Assembly (NCBI GenBank): GCA_905178155.1
Contig: CAJINV010000001.1
Location: 3,921,706 to 3,985,705, forward strand
DNA length: 64,000 bases
Source: Amoebophrya sp. A120
Lineage: Eukaryota; Protista; Dinoflagellata
Direction: 5' to 3'
Within the stretch, counting starts at the first letter, position 1; each line of letters opens with the position of its first letter. Both the position numbers and the translations under genes were made by a program. Under the pieces are notes generated by a model. That model saw only the letters and a program-made list of their open reading frames with translations, was not told where the DNA came from and did not search any database. This document shows positions 11,024 to 24,376 of the stretch, one piece after another.

Positions 11024-13176
11024 ATGTCGACTACAAGCAGTCAGCTTGAAACAAGCTCGAAGATGGACCAACCTACCGCGGAGATGGAGCAGATGCACGA
11101 TGGGGCGGAGGACGATACAAGTGACCTGAATGTTTTCTTGGAAAGCATGGTCACGAAAAACAGTAAATACGTCAGCCGGTTCGACCTGATCGGAGCAAAA
11201 AATAGCGAATTTTACTCATCGGATGCTGTGGTGAGGGTACTGATTAAGAACGCGGGAGAAACTGATGAAACGCCGTCGGATCTTCAAAATCTTCTTTCTA
11301 CGCCAACTAAAACGCCTGCGACCTGTGCGAGTCAGAGCACCCCTGCTACAGCCAATAAAGGAAGCACGATATCAGAACAAGAAAGTTATGGAGCGACTTC
11401 TCTCCCCCTACCCCGGAATTTCATCGTTTTTTAAACTATTGAGCAGGTTTGATTTTTTGTTTTTCGGCACCTGCTCACACATGCCGACGTCGGTTCCCGA
11501 GCATCAGATTCTGTACACTAGCTGCGGAAAAAGTGGGCCATGAAGTAGTACCCTGCGCACACTAGCTAATTTATTCGAACCATGTGAGATAGCTGGAAAG
11601 TTGCAAACTATCAAGCATGAGCCATCCGAATTTCGCGCAGCGGGCATATATATATAAATATTGCCATTCATGACATTGCACTATCTGGGTCCAAAGGCTC
11701 AGCAAACTTCTGAAGCCCCGGCTCCGAGTATTCTGGTGGGCCGGCTCTAGTGGAGTGAAAAATCATGAGCCGGCCCACAATTTGCAAAAATCAACAAAAG
11801 CTGCGCACTTTGGCGCAATGGACCTGATTTGAAAAAAATCGCAGTCCGCTGCATGTTCGGACCACTACCCCGAGGATTTTCCTGGATTTTTCGCTGCACA
11901 AAAACGACAAAAAAATAAAGCGAATGATCGTTATGGTTTTTGGTTTGGGTCGATTCGGGTTCTCCGTCGGGGGTTCAATACGAACATGCATGGTATGCTC
12001 AGAAACCGGCTCGACCAAACTATCTGCTGCATGATGGCAGCAGAGTTCCCAAGTTTGTTCGGGGGCGCAGTATGAACTTGCCCGGTATGCTCCACGTTTA
12101 GGGCGTGCATGTTTTTGCAATTGTAAGTAAAACTATTAAGCAGTTCAAGTTTTTATTTTTTTTGACCTGCTCAATAGTTTTCGGATCCGCAGAATCCGCA
12201 GATCTCGGATCTCGACTTGAACTCGAGATCCGAGATCCACGGATTTCGGACATGAGCATTTTGGTGGAAGCAAATTTCGGATGGCTCATGTATGATAAAG
12301 TAAAAGTTGCTAGCTATCTCACACGGTTCGGATAAAATGGCTAGTGTGCACAAGGTCACTTCTCATCGTCCGCTTTTTCCCTAGCTAGTGCACAGAGTCT
12401 GTCGCTCAGGTCCACACGCTCGGATCATGTGACCGGGTCGCATTTTTTTATTTTTCAGACCTGCTCAATAGTTTGAAAAACGATGAAAAACCGGGGTAGG
12501 GGGAGTGACCACGTGGGATAAAAGTTGTAGCTTCTCTGCTTCATTTGACTGGCCTGCGCAAGATTTTCTCGCAATCAGGAAGAACCCAACGTTCGCCGCG
12601 GACGACGTCCCTTTCGGGCAAAGGATGCAGCAGTTAGTTTCTGCAAACGAAGACCCGTATGCCATGGATGCCAGTATGTTCATGGCGGGTATTGGAACGG
12701 GCACTGGCTCGGCATCGCCGACAGGCTTGGCCATAAAAACACAGCAACAAGACGACACGCACCAAGTTTCGATGAGCGACTTTTTTCCACCAGAGAAAGA
12801 AAGCAACATGGACGAAAGCAGCACAGCGGCGCTAGAATTACAACGCGGATGCTACTTCGCCTGGAACGATCTTTTCTACCGCGGAAGCGGCGTCAGTTCC
12901 GTGCGAATTATAGGCGATAGTGAGAATGGAAACATCGAAGCAACTTTCGAAGTGGTTTCTCGTGAGGAGATCTACGACCGAGTGCTGGTTACACTGGAGG
13001 AAATAGGAGCTGCCACGAATACAACATCAGACATGACAAGCACAAGAACTCGGATCTTGATGCTCGATTCAACAGCTGACCACCTACTTCTGGCACACGG
13101 CACAAAGGCAAACGCGCATGCATTGGAACAGCTGACGCTAGGCATCACGGACTACTTGCTGGACTGTGAGAAGTGA
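11024..13176 (+). CDS. Hypothetical protein split by a 1.1-kb long-TIR element (intron-like or disrupted)
   Basis: ORF 11024-11434 runs into the left TIR and ORF 12505-13176 emerges from the right TIR. Joining 11397 to 12510 gives in-frame ESYGATTWDKSCSF. Confidence 0.5.
11402..12505. mobile_element. Non-autonomous element with long (~235 bp) imperfect terminal inverted repeats
   Basis: CTCCCCCTACCCCGGAATTTCATCGTTTTTTAAACTATTGAGCAGGT at 11402 matches the reverse complement of the end at 12505. Further inverted blocks: 11511-11546 vs ~12358-12396, 11551-11602 vs ~12303-12355, 11610-11636 vs ~12270-12296. No convincing internal ORF. Confidence 0.8.
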
Positions 13177-13927
13177 AAGCAATGAGAGCTGCTGCTGTCC
13201 ACCTGGCGGGACCAGGAGTGATTCCTTGGAGACTGAAGATTAGGCTAGTACAACTACAGCGACAGTTTTACTACTTGCTTCTCAGTAGGAGATGACGTGT
13301 GACAGCAGGTTGTGTTGTATCACTTGAAATGTTGTAGCTACCGGCCGTTTTAGATTTGGATGGTGAGTTCTTCGCCTGTTGGCTCCTTTTTACGTCGACG
13401 CAAGCGCGCACGGCTTGAACCATTTCAAAAACTACGAGAAGACACAGATCGATGTGCTCGAAAGAACGCCTCTTGTATGGCTCAAGAGGCTTGTCGTGTT
13501 CACGTCATCGCTTCATTTCAGAAATGTGCCAAGAAAGAAGAAACACGAACAACGCTGAAGCGTGGCTGCTTATATACACAACAACGGCTCCGCTCAAATC
13601 GATCTTCGTGCTTTAATTCGTTTTTCACCGATCTCGCCTAGAAGAAGTTCCAACGTTTTCTCATGTTCTTCAAAGTGGAAATACGCATTTGTAAACAAAG
13701 ACAGGACAGACAAAGCAAAACAGTACTCCGCCGAACACTGGTGATATTTTGTTGTAGTTAATCTTAACGTGACCGAGATCGAAGCCGAGCCCACATTTCT
13801 TGTCCCCTTGCGTTTCTGCTCATTTGATGCAAAGCTCGGTGCTCGCGCTCTGCGAGACACCGTTACTTGCGATACTACGAAAACTAATCTTGCCTTTTAA
13901 AGAATCATATCGCGTCGAACCGAAAAA

Positions 13928-16900
13928 ATGACGACCTCGCCCGCGCCCGCCCCGGAGCAGGGCAGTACTGCCTGGATGGTGGTAAAAACGGGCGCGAAGC
14001 CGGACGACATTATGGGTAAAGTGAGGCACGGGATGAAGCAGATCAAAGTCCCGACCGCGGGGAACAAGGTTTACAAGGACGAGTGCTGTTACTCCTTCGA
14101 CAACCCCTACTCACCAACCGGACTTTACGTCAACCTGTCCACGTGGTTCGGGTGCGGCAAGCGGTTCCTGGAAACAGACGCAGCGCGCTCGGACAACAAC
14201 ACGCTATACCTGAAGTTGAAGTACACCAAAATTTACCACAAGGAGAGTGAGGAGAAAAAAGTACTTTTTTCGTCTTTGAATGATTGAGGAGGTCGACTTT
14301 CTGTGACAGTGACTCCGCTTTTGCTTTTGGTATGTGATACTACTTTGATATCTTCCGCCATGGCTGGAAGATAGAAGAAAAATCAATTTCCATGCACTAT
14401 CTTCACCACCCATCTCCACAGGACCAGCCGGTGACGACGCTGGGTATCGGCGTTCAGGGCGGCTTCGCCGCACAAGAATTTGATCTGAAGAAGGAGTATT
14501 TCCTCACCGTATTCGAGAAGGACCACGTCGTGGCCGAGCTTCCCTACCCCTTCGGCCCGGACGCCGACATACCCATGTTGGTGAACACGTGCTGCGAGGC
14601 CGTGGAAAAGCACGCGGGTGCCGCCGCCATGGCCGCGAGCACCGTGTGGGAGGACAAGGACGAGCTGAAACCTTCGAAATACTCGGAAGGCCTCGTCCAA
14701 CTGCCCGTGGGCGACAAAAAATTGTCACCGTATAATACTTCTATGTCCATGTTGATTTTGTGTGTTTTCTTTGTGAATTTGTTTTCGGTTTATTCCTCCT
14801 GATGCTTATCGACGCAATGAATCGCGTTGGTGCGACGTTGCATCGTCGCTCCTCGCGATACGAAGTAGATGAAATCCAAAACTACAGTGACCCGTCCACG
14901 TGGAAGTGCGAGATCCACGGCGCAACGGACAATCTGTGGCTCAACCTTTCCGACGGCTTCATCGGCGGCGGCCGAAAAAATTGGGACGGGTCCGGCGGAT
15001 CGGGCGGCGCGTTGGAGCACTACGAGGCGGAAAAGGCAAAGGGGAACAACTTTCCGCTTGTCGTAAAGCTAGGTACGATAACGCCACAGGGCGCCGACGT
15101 TTTTTCCTATGCGCCGGACGAAAACGACCTGGTCATAGATCCCAAACTCGGGGACCACCTGGCCCACTGGGGAATCGACATTATGAAGCAGGAAAAAACC
15201 GCAAAAACGATGGCGGAGCTGACGGTCGAGCTGAACGCGAATTACGACTGGGGGAAGGTGTGCGAGAGCGGGGCGAGTTTGGAACGGTTGTACGGCCCCG
15301 GGTACGTCGGGTTCCAGAATCTCGGGAACACTTGCTACATGAACAGTTCGCTCCAGTTGCTCCTATCCCTACCAGAGGTGAAGGACCGGTACTGCGACAG
15401 CGCGCGGCAACTCTTGTTGACCGCCACCCCGCACCAACTGCCCAGCGACGTCCTCGCGCAGTTTGCAAAAGTCGCGACGGCCACCAACGCGGAGAAGGAT
15501 TTGGAAGAGTCCCGCTACCCCAGGAAGGAAGACGACCCGAACGACGAATCCAACACGATTGCGATGCGCATGTTCCGGGCCGCCGCGATAGAAAACACCT
15601 CGGACTTTTCTACGAACCGCCAGCAGGACGCAGAGGAGTTCATCCGGTATTTTTTCACCCGCCTCGCCACTGCGGAGAAGCAGGGCGCGGACCGACTAGC
15701 GATGGTGGGGCCCCGAAACGAGCGCCCAACGCCCACCGAGGACCTGTTTATGTTCGAGAAAGAGGAACGGTACGAGGGGAACGGGGAAGTGGCCTACCTG
15801 CCAGCGGTGGACTGCTTTTTACAGCTCATGATCAACATGGAAGACGCGGTGGCCGAGCCCGCGGCGAAGAAGCAAAAACTAGAGTCCGGCGAGGAAGGGG
15901 TAACGTCGGTATTTAGTGTACATTTTGATAAAGTTCAAGTTGATGTGTCGTGCACGGAATTCTTTTCTACCAACGAACGTCATGATCATGATCTACTTTC
16001 AAGTTTCGCGTGTTGATGAGCAGCATTCAGTTTCAGTAGATTCTAATTCTTTCTTTTACCGTCACCGTGTGTGGGTGTAGCGGAAAGTAGCAAGTCAGTG
16101 AATCTGATTTTTTTCCCTGAAGATATTCAATATCAATTGCATTTCCACCTGCATTTTTTTCTCACAGGTACCAGAAATCCCTTTTGAGCGCGCATTGTCC
16201 AGGATATTTGAATCCGAGGACATGGGGCCCGACCAGCTGTTTCGGGGGCGTCGGGTCGCCCGCTCACTGCACATGAAGACCATGCCCAAGTACCTCTTTG
16301 TGCAGGTCCAAAGGTATTACGTGGACTCCGCCACCTGGACACACAAGAAGCGTGAGTGCACCTGTCCCGTACCGGAGACACTAGACCTCGAGAAATACCG
16401 CGCGCCGGCCAAGGGCGAGGATGGAAAATGCAGGCCCGGGGAAAAACTGATGCCAGATGAGCCAGGTACTTATAAGAATACTCAAACATGAAGTTTCTCA
16501 GTATGTCGGGCCTATTCTATGATGTATATGTTCATCTTGCACGTAGCTGGCCCTGGCCCACTTGAGATGCCCTGCTGTCCATTTCCACTTGATATAATTG
16601 AAAAAAAACAGCCGCCGCCGGGCCGGAGCCCGACATGGCGCTCGTGGAACAGTTATCCGTCATGGGATTCTCAGAAAACGGATGCAAGCGGGCCTGTCTT
16701 GCGGTAAGCAACCGGGGTGTCGAGGAAGCTTCAGAGTGGATTTTTGCCCACATGGAAGACCCGGACTTCAACGACCCGCTTCCTGCAGCAGGTAGTTTTG
16801 GCTTAGAAAGAGCGAGTTAGAACTTGTGTGTATCGACATGACCAGGAGTGATGTGCGAAAAATCAATCTGGATGGTCTGATGCAGGTTTTACAAATCGAC

Positions 16901-17354
16901 GAAATTATTTGTTTCATCTTCGTTTTCCACAGGCGCGTCGGCCCCCGCTCCCGCAGCGGATAGCGTGGATATGGAGCAGGTCCAGCTCCTCCAAGCCATC
17001 ACCGGGTTCGCCGAGAAGCACTGCAAGCGCGCGCTGAAGCAAAACGGCAACAATCCAGACGTTGCCGCCGCGTGGTTGATGGAGCGCAGCGCCGCCGATT
17101 TGGATGCAGAGGAGCAAAGCGCGAATGCGGGAGGTGGCACGGCAGGGGCCACAAGCTCTTTTACCGACGGGGTCGGAAAGTATTCTCTCGTCGGCTTCAT
17201 TAGTCACGTGGGCAAAGCGACAAGCAGTGGGCACTACGTGGCACACATAAAGAAGGACGGGCAATGGTGCTTGTTTGACGACGAAAAAGTCGCCAAGAGC
17301 GCCCAAACGCCGTTTGAGTACGGCTATGTCTACTGCTTTAAGCGGGATACTTGA
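13928..17354 (+). CDS. USP5: Ubiquitin carboxyl-terminal hydrolase 5/13 family (isopeptidase T / UBP14)
   Basis: VYKDECCYSFDNP N-terminal motif; ZnF-UBP-like NLWLNLSDG; Cys box GFQNLGNTCYMNS; QQDAEEF; two UBA domains; His box SHVGKATSSGHYVAH..DDEKV. GT-AG introns 14261-14421, 14730-14887, 15900-16167, 16466-16611, 16792-16932. Confidence 0.93.
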
Positions 17355-17950
17355 ATTTTCTGAAGCGACCAGACAAGAAGTGTCAGGGCGATCGTTTATC
17401 GTCCTTAGCATTTTTTATACGAAAAAAGGCGACAACATCTATCGCACACGCACGTGCGCATGCCTGTCGTTGGATTGGCAGAGTGGAGCTTTATCTTCCT
17501 CTTGATCCCAACTCCAACATTAAAGGAGCTTGTGTTCGCTGCAGTTCCAACAGGCAAAGAAATCCAAATTCGAAGAATCCTGTTTCTACCACAAAAAAAT
17601 GTGCAACTTGCACAAGAACGCTCCGCAAAAAATTCGTTACAAGCTTGCAAAAAAGCGACAAGCTTTGTGAAGGTGAAGATAACAAAGCAAAATCATCTCC
17701 AGACTGCCGCAAGTTGGGCTTGAAAAGCACGACAGTGCATAGACACGCTCTTCATATTAAGGTTGAAAAAGCACATGCACGACGTCATCGGTTGTCACTG
17801 TCGGGTCTCGACACGTCTGTATCAGCAAAAGTATCTGCTTGTAGTTTTCTCAGCACCAGCTTCACTTGCAATTATTGCACAAGAACTCAGATCTACTCAC
17901 GTTATTTTAAAGTTCTGGTGCTATTTACTTTTACATCAATCACGATCACG

Positions 17951-20125
17951 ATGGACTTCGTTTCGTCAGCAACGTTGGAGCAAAAAACCCGTCGCGACAA
18001 CGGGGAGGACATTCAATTGATAGACCCGCTTTCTTCCCCACCTCTCGTCCACCACCACCAGAGTCGGTTTCCGGGAGATAATTCGAAGTTGACTACGCCA
18101 CCACTGGGCGGAAGCGGCGGTGGATCGAGCAGCAGCACTTCGAACCCCGGTAGCAAACAGACGCTAGTATCAGGAGGCGGAGGTGGAGCACGAACAACAT
18201 CAAATCATGGCGCGACATCAAACTACACTAGCGACGGCGACCACAGCCTGGATCTGTTTTCCTGGCAGGACGGCATGTATGGGTCCGGCGGCACGACCAC
18301 AGGCTCGACGTCGAAGAACACTCTACACTCCTCGCCCTACGAACACCCCTACAAGAAGAAACCTTCCGCGACAACCACGGGTGGTGGTTCTTCCAGTGGT
18401 CACAACAAGCTGCACACGCCGGAACTCGGCCTGGAGGAGATCGTGATGGGATTCGGTCTCCGCGACCTCGGCGGGCAGTCCAAGGCGCAACAGAGGAAGC
18501 TCGTGAAGCACTGGCTAGTGTTCCAACTGTGCGGCTGGGTGTGCCTGGTTTTGCTCTATTTCAACGAGTCCAGCAACCAGCAGCGGTTCGACTCGGAGCT
18601 CGCAAACCACTGCCACCGCGACCCGGACAGTGGTATTTGCCTCGGCCCGGAGTGGAAGCAGGTGCTGTATCGCGATGTGCAGCTGGGTGGCGGCACGGGC
18701 GACTTGGGCGAACAGTCTTTCGACTTCCAGACCACGAGTCAGCCGGCAACGGCACTGGTGGTTGTAGACCCCTACCTCGACACGCCCGGCGCAGCAAGTT
18801 CTAGTACCTCCAGTGGTGGTCCCGGGGGATTTTTCTCCGGGTCCTCTGGGAGCAGCAGCAGCAGCGGGCCTGGCCCAGGGCGCGGCGCGGACGGGCCGGA
18901 CGTGTTCTTTCCGCCGACTTCGAAAGCCCGGCCGGACGCGGAAACCTCCACCAACACGCACTACCGGGTGCGCATCGACCGCGTGCTGCCCAACCGCGGG
19001 GGCTTCACCAGCAACCCAGATTGCACCGGACCCAACCCCAGCCCGCTGCTGTGCAACGGAAACGTGTTCGGCGGCGCCACGTCCGTGGCCGCGTCCAACG
19101 GCTTCATGACGGTGATGCAGCGCGGCGCGCACGCCTTCAGCGTCGAGGACTTCTCGGACGAGGCAAAGCAGGCGGGCACCGTGTCCTGGCGGGTCACGGT
19201 CTCCCACCGGTTACCTGCGCGCAAGTCCAGCCGGTACCGGATCTACGTGCAGGACGTCATCATGGACCCCGAGCACATCCGCCGCATGACCACCGAGGCG
19301 CAGTGCGCGTTTGAGGGCGCGTGGAAAAAGTTCAACGAAAAGCACCAGGGCAAGGACGAGGACGTCAGCGTGTTGCGGTCCGAATGGGTCATGAATTTGG
19401 GGATTTTAACCAGTTTACTCTTCCTCGCGGTCGTTTACCGTATGTTCGAGAAACAGGACCCAAATACAAAACACTTGGCGTACGTGCAGCTGGCAAAGTT
19501 CGCGATCTGCGACTTCCCGGTGCAAATCTCGCTCGTCGGCTACTTCCTCAACTGGTACGACCGCAGCGGCATGCGCTGCCAAATGTGCCTCTTCGACGTC
19601 GACCACTGTCAGGTTCGTGCTGCATGGCATGTGCCTGATTTGATTTGCGATATTTTTCTAGACGAGCCAAAGACATGACTATGATTGATTCTAGTTTTTC
19701 TTCAAGAAAAAAGCAACTCCTGACGAATTTAAGCTAGTACAATTTGAACTTGATGGCTGCATCTTCCCCATTTCACACATCACCAGGCCGACTACCTTTT
19801 TCACGGTGTCAACATCTTCGTGGTTCTGTTCATTCTCGCCTCCGCGGCGCTCACCAGCCTGCTGCTGGTCAAGTACCACCGAGACGCCGAGAAAGTGTAC
19901 ACCGACGACGAGATTTGCATGATAAAAAGCCTGCAGCTCGGAGCGATCTGCGTTGCCATACTGCCCTTCACCACCGGATTTCTCATGGTGAGTCGCGACC
20001 AACTCCTCTTCCCCATGCTGTGGTACGCAATTGTGGGAGTACCCTGCGTCATTGGCTGGGTCTGCGTGGCTTTTCTTGGTATGAAAGAGAAACGAGCCCG
20101 CGGTCAGAGAAGATTCGGGACGTAA
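17951..20125 (+). CDS. Hypothetical multi-pass membrane protein (2 exons)
   Basis: ATG 17951 to donor at 19613, second exon 19787-20125. One TM segment, a Cys-containing lumenal region, then several hydrophobic segments and a CQMCLFDVDHC motif. GC3-rich codon usage. Confidence 0.7.
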
Positions 20126-21655
20126 TATTTCTCTTCCAAAGCACTTCCGCATTTTTGAGCAGAAGTCGTCGAACACAAAAATGACATTATCGGTGATGTT
20201 GCAAAGATGAACCGCGCGCGCGCGCTTTGTATGAAATTTGATTTCAAAAGAGCAAGGGCAAGCGCCGTTCTCTTGTGTGCAATATCGTATACGTAGGGAA
20301 GAGAAGTTTGGCTTGAAGATTCAAGTTTTTGCTGGTATAAGGATTTGCTACCCATTCCTGTGCATGATGGAGGACGACAGGTACTCGCTCTTACTTTACT
20401 TAAGTAGGTAGTGCGTGACCGACGTGGGGCGTTGTATCTGTTTCATGATCATGCTAATGTCAATGCCAGTAAGTAGAGCATCTTGATCTTTTTCCATTTC
20501 CTCGCAGTTGCTGCATGTTCACTTGCAGTGACTCAGTAAACTCTAATAGACTCGTGCTTTTGATGTTTATCTGCAATGCTGATCCCAGGTATTACTAGGT
20601 ATTCGCGGGCACATCATCGCGCGCGCTCCAGCTACGACACACAAGAACACTGCTTCACCATGATGTAGAAGATGACTCGAATGATCTGGTATGATCTATT
20701 GCTGACCTCGACTTTCATTCTGCCCTACCACATCATGCATAATGTAAATGCATTTTTTTGTAGATTCCGCTTTTTTCGCAGTTTTTCAGTCTCGGGATCA
20801 TTGGGGCTTTCTGGTGTTTCTGTTCCATATCGCACGCACTCGGTGGAAATCCACAACGAAAAACCGTTCCGCTGCGATCGTACTTGCTGCGAATCAGCGC
20901 TACCGATAAAACAAAGAACACGGTGCTGGAGGATCAGTCGTGCGTGCGCTGAACTACATTTTGCAGCGGAGGAGCATCACTGCAACAGTAAGTAGACGGT
21001 CCGTGCGAGTATCTTAAGGCTGGGACGGAATTTCGCCGTACTAAGGAACAAAAACGTGGTTAGATCAAAGAACAACAACAAGCCGGAGCTTCCAAGAATT
21101 AGTTTTCGCGCAGAAGCGCCGCCGGAATTTGCCGTGTTGCTGCCGCAGTAGCACTTCACAATGATGTGCTGGATGTTGGTGTGGTTCTAGCACGACCACA
21201 GCGATATGACGATACATAGTAGGTGCGAGAACTTCCTGTGTTTCATTTTGGTTTCGCTCGCCGGATGGGGAAATCTTCGCAGTTCGTGGCTCGTGTCCGA
21301 GGTCTACTGCTGCTTCATGCGAACCTGCTTCGGTCCGGGTCCAGGTCCCAAAAAAGCGCCGCGCCAACAAGAACAGAAGGTCCGCTACAGTTCCAAGGAA
21401 GCGGAAGCGCTGCACAGATGTTGTTGATTTTTCGGTTTTGGTTGGCTTCAATAGCTTGGTCACGTTTCTTCCTTGCCGCTGGCCAAAGGAATGACGTCAG
21501 TTACGCGGCGAGGCATTTCCATCGAGGCAAACGCAAACGGCGGAGTTGATGCCACCTGCGACCTCCATGGCGAAAGTTGCCCACATCTGCGAAGATCTAC
21601 TTCTGCTGATTAATGGGCGTCTGTGGCGGTTGGACGAAGAGGAAAAACATGAACT

Positions 21656-22907
21656 GGAGCGGGGTAACAATTGATTCAACTAAGTCGCCCCGGCGCCTTA
21701 GTCGTCCGTCCGGCCGGACGGACGACTAAGTCGCCGTTTGCGGCGGGAAGCTTTTCCCTTCAGGCTAGCTGCCCCCCCAGAACCAAAATCGATATCGCGA
21801 AGCGAGCACCGTCCAGAAACCGTATGCAAAGTCGCACTTTTTCAAATGGATTTTCATGGTTTTGGCATGTTTCTTTTTTTTTGGATTTCCGAAAAAAAAA
21901 CGCAAACTCAGCTCGTCGCGTCATACATATTCATATCATCGTCGCTGTTTGCAAAAAATATTTTTTTTACAGTTTTTCATTTGAAAAAGTGCGCTTTTTC
22001 AAAGGCGCTTTTCGCATTTGAAAAAGTGCGCTTCCCGCTCCAGCAGCGTCCCGTCCCAGCAGCGCCGTGTTCCCGGGTGGGGGGGGGTTGCGCGTTCGCC
22101 AGACGCGCAACCCGCCACGACAACGCCATGCCACCGCGATTGCAACTCCGGGAAGAAAACGCTTCCTCCACGAGCAAAGCGCACTCATCTACTGTGCCAC
22201 CCTGCTTGAGTGGCCGCAAGCGTGGCGAAAGCTGGGAAAATTCAGCGCTCCCGCGGGTGACGCTAGCAACGAGGACGACGAACGGTTAGGCAGTCGGCGA
22301 TTAGTATCGTAGTAAATTAATAACGTACGCGCGACCATGATCTTCTGGCCGTGCGGGGTTTTGAAAAAACTGATACGCTGCCTGCGATCCCGCATACCCC
22401 CACTGTGCCGCTGTGGTTACTGCCGCTGCGCTTGGAAAAGAATGTTCTTTTCCAAGCGCAGCGGCAGTAACCACGTGGCGGGTTGCGCGTCTGGCGGGTT
22501 GCGCGTCTGGCGAACGCGCAACCCCCCCCCACCCGGGAACACGGCGCTGCTGGGACGGGACGCTGCTGGAGCGGGAAGCGCACTTTTTCAAATGCGAAAA
22601 GCGCCTTTGAAAAAGCGCACTTTTTCAAATGAAAAACTGTAAAAAAAATATTTTTTGCAAACAGCGACGATGATATGAATATGTATGACGCGACGAGCTG
22701 AGTTTGCGTTTTTTTTTCGGAAATCCAAAAAAAAAGAAACATGCCAAAACCATGAAAATCCATTTGAAAAAGTGCGACTTTGCATACGGTTTCTGGACGG
22801 TGCTCGCTTCGCGATATCGATTTTGGTTCTGGGGGGGCAGCTAGCCTGAAGGGAAAAGCTTCCCGCCGCAAACGGCGACTTAGTTGAGTCAATTGTTACC
22901 CCGCTCC
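21656..22907. mobile_element. Foldback-type element: ~450-bp inverted arms with nested perfect palindromes
   Basis: Arms 21656-22119 and 22474-22907 are near-identical in reverse complement (the ORF track shows the same spurious peptide at 21738+ and 22317..22892-). Palindrome at 21697-21730 and hairpin at 22413-22474. No clear TSD. Confidence 0.8.
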
Positions 22908-24376
22908 TGTGTACTATGCTTAACGGTACAGCTACACAGGAACTGTTTCTATGTTCCTCTTCCTTTTGAATACTAGCATTACACGGCCCCAGGGGCAGGG
23001 CGCGGTGCAGCTCCGCGACAGCTGTACTACGTACGTTTTCCCGCCTTTCGCACAGGAGGGAATACTTGGTACGTAGAACAACAAGCTCACAGCGACAGCT
23101 GCAAAGAATCCACGTGTACATTAGAACTACCCGCCATGACGAATGAAATGCGTTGAATGACGAGACGAGATACAGCACGGTTGGGCACCAGCAAGCCATT
23201 GCCTTGAGCGGTTCCTGGTTTCCTATATGATTCGTCACATTTTATACAACGCCGTAAGAAATCTTCTCAAAGTCATGCAGCTTTGCTACCGGTATCGGTA
23301 TCCTGAGAAACCCCCATCGGTGTTGCTCCTGTTTGTAGCGCAGCGCGCGCTAGTGTTTTCATCGGTTTTATGGAAATGGATTTCGTGTTTCTGTTGCTCG
23401 CTGCACTTTGTATTGCGACGAAGTTTGCTTACATTCGTATCTTTCGATCATCACGCCAAGACTGCACGAATATAGGACCTTGATGGCTAGATCGGTCACG
23501 TCCGATGAAGGTGCAAGCCTTCTCTTCCTTTTCGGTATCCACGTCGACGTTGCTGCCTCATCGTGAAAAATGTCTTCGGTTGTGTGAGCAGTGAAAGAAG
23601 TCTTGTATATCGGTTCTTCGTGCTTGAAAATGCAAAGATGGGCCGCGTAGTTGTAGGTCGCCGCAGGTTGTCTTTTGAAGAGAAAAGTCGAAGCTCATTC
23701 GGTCGTGTTGCAGCTGAAAACGGTGCTTGCACGAAACATAGAAATTGAAATACACTTGCCCGCATTTTTCCCAGGCGAGTTAATCTCGTTCTCTGAGTGT
23801 GACTTGTCAAGAAGGTTTTTGCCCCCAATTACCTTTCTCTTCTCAACTTTTTCACTAATTCAAAATCAAAACCACATCCACTACAATAAGGACGCATTCA
23901 TATTCAACTACAACAACACCGGAAATTTTGTTTACATCAAAGAGCTTTCTTGTGCTTCAGTTTCAACGTAGCTAGGTGCAGCAGCTGCTAACAGGTTTAC
24001 TGCAGACTAACTTGAATTTCGACGATCTCAACAAGGAGTTGACGGAGTTTTCTACTCGCAGTCACGAAAAAACCAAGCGCACGCGCGGCGACCAGTACGT
24101 TCTGTGGTCGTCACGACTCTCCGGAATTCTTTCGAAAGCCCCGTTTTGAAGAAAACAAGGAACCGCGCGCGTCTCTCCAGCATTGACCCAGACCGGCTAG
24201 TGCGCAAATCGACCGTAAGTCTCTGCTGCGATTTTTTTTTTTCATTGGCTGCCGTGCCCTAGATCTAGTTAAGTACTAGTCGAATCCATGCAGCCTGTGT
24301 AAGTATCCTTTTGTGCAGCTGTTCGCTTTGAAATTTCACCTTTACTACGCTCACTGACTTCTATCACCCAGCGCAG

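Noticed and set aside
13475-13490. TGGCTCAAG as a relict dinoflagellate spliced leader
   Set aside because: A 9-nt match is expected by chance and the rest of the leader is missing.
21671-23238. Duplicated ORFs on both strands around 21.7-23.2 kb as a gene pair or transposase
   Set aside because: They arise from the inverted repeat, run through homopolymer tracts and have no transposase motifs.
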